Source of the DNA: Vermamoeba vermiformis
Lineage: Eukaryota
Length of the DNA stretch: 64,000 nucleotides
Direction of reading: 5' to 3'
NCBI GenBank assembly: GCA_045837725.1
Contig: JBEWZL010000043.1
Location: 124,001 to 188,000 of the forward strand
Below the pieces are notes generated by a model that made no database searches, had not been told where the DNA came from, and worked only from the letters and a program-made list of their open reading frames with translations. Shown one piece after another: positions 62,391-64,000 of the stretch (position 1 is the stretch's first letter; each line of letters begins with the position of its first letter). The translations under genes and the position numbers were made by a program.

Positions 62391-63900
62391 CTACAACTTG
62401 AGCACTGCATTAATAAATTCCAAGCCCAGTTTTTCTGCCCAGTTTTCTCCGTAAATGTCTCGCCAGCCTAAGTGACCTCCGTTTCTGGTCATGGCGATCA
62501 CCATCTGAGAGGAGAGGTAAGGAAGTGAACTCAATGAACTCACAAAGGGAAATGTCTTACATTTGGATGCTTCTCGATAGCTTCAAGAGGCACGCAGCTG
62601 ACAGGAACGATGGGATCGTCTTCTGCATTTGCACAAAGTAAGGGAATACCCAGGACAGCGGACTCCTTATTCTGCAGAAAACGATGAGTTGTGGACTAAA
62701 AGCAATTGCTTTGGGACGTACCAGGCACATCCTTGAGCTTGCAAGTTCGTAGTAGTGGTTGCCAGACTCGAGTCCGTACAGCGTCGCGCTAAAGTGGTGC
62801 GAAAGCTCCATCAACGTTTTTGACTAAAGCACGCAAATTAAAAATAGGCCAACGCATAATAATGATCTCACTTACTTTCGCAATGGCATCCCAGTTCAGT
62901 TTCTCAACACCGTGGAACACTTCTTTGTGTCTAATAATAAACGATTGTTAGATGGATCCATCTGTGCAAAGAAGTTCAGAGCTTACCTTAAAATCTTTCT
63001 TCTTACTGCACGAGCTGCACCAAGATGGTAAACGTGATAGGCCATTCGAGCCCAAAACGGCTTGGAATTGTGTACACGTTCCAATTCTAGCAATAACGAG
63101 TTACATACTGGGTTAAAGCGGGCCAAGAGATCAATCTACTTACCTAGAAGATCGAATGGATTGCCAAATGATATTGCTGCTTTGAAGGGTACCTTCTTGC
63201 CTTCTTCGGATAGGTACTTGACCAAATAGTTTGCACCCAGTGAGAAGCCTAGATGGCCGTATTAGCGATACTCTACAACGCTTACATAGCATTCCAGAAC
63301 CGTACCCATGGCAATCAAAGTTTCGCCTTGTGTCTTCTTGACGACCTCGGCCACGCCATCGATCAAATCGCTCGCATCTGAAATGTTGTGTAACTTAGGT
63401 GTCTAGGCAGCGTTAGATTATTGTATGCAGTAGCATCAAATGTCTTACGATTGGTTCGTTGACTGAAGCTCGGAAATTCATCACCACGCACTTATAACCA
63501 TTCTCAGACATCGTGCGTACAAACCTTCGAATGTACGTCGAATTACTTCCACCTTAATATTGCAATATTAGACACAATCAATAATTGTCCTCGCACCTTC
63601 AAATCCAGGCAGGACCATTAAGGTCACGTTGTCCTTGGGCTCTTTCGGTTCCCACCAGTCTAGGCTGACAATACCGCCATCGCGGCAAGTAACGAGTTGT
63701 CTGAGAAATATTAGACAAGGGAATGTGCATTGCAAACAGCCCACCTCAAAAAATGAATTTTCGGCGCGATCGGTAAAAAGATCCCGATTATACTGTGCAC
63801 AACTCCGTTATAGGCGAGGTGAATTGATGGCCAGTAGGGTTTAGTTAGGCTGGGACATAAGGATATCAATTTTTTGTTCTGGGAGGTCTCTGGATGAGTT
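62391..63900 (-). CDS. Alpha/beta hydrolase, ABHD1/3 (YheT)-like; 5' end probably beyond the window
   Basis: DGGIVSLDW, VLPGFEGGS...YIR, GFSLGAN (nucleophile Ser), NAEDDP and GGHLGW (Asp and His of the triad). Confidence 0.88.
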
Positions 63901-64000
63901 GGGAATTAGTTACGCGCCACTCCAACGCGCCAAATTAATTAATTTATTTCCAGCATTTTGTGGTACTTTTTTGTGCACATTCGAAAATGTAAAAATTATC

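Overview
Gene-dense, intron-rich eukaryotic genomic DNA, most consistent with a free-living protist or amoeba (short AT-rich GT-AG introns, CTAAY-like branch points, intergenic gaps often under 200 bp). The species cannot be fixed from sequence alone. About 27 protein-coding genes can be reconstructed by hand-splicing. In order: copper amine oxidase (partial), PA-domain 7TM protein, RasGEF-like protein, GPI-type surface protein, unknown membrane protein, ATD/DTD2-type tRNA deacylase, orphan ORF, HPS4-like longin protein, ERMP1-like M28 peptidase, WH2-like/SGNH hydrolase, SAM plus Crinkler-type NTPase, glutathionyl-hydroquinone reductase, SLC25A38-like carrier, CX9C protein, LIM protein, TPR protein, Cys-rich surface protein, cytochrome b5/acyl-CoA dehydrogenase, SMC4, ATP12, GpsA-type G3PDH, methyltransferase, K/E-rich protein, degenerate EF1A-like protein, nodulin-like MFS, Pro-Val repeat secreted protein, ABCB10-like transporter and an ABHD-like hydrolase (partial). 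The most notable observations are a CpG-depleted Crinkler-like NTPase body fused to a CpG-normal SAM head, an internally inverted exon segment in the glutathione-dependent reductase, an 'animal-type' tRNA deacylase, a thymosin/WH2-like motif fused to an SGNH hydrolase, and an EF1A-like pseudo-GTPase. Several garbled patches suggest local assembly errors, so structural anomalies need read-level checks. No rRNA, tRNA, CRISPR array or intact transposon was recognised. Family assignments are from motif recognition, not database searches.
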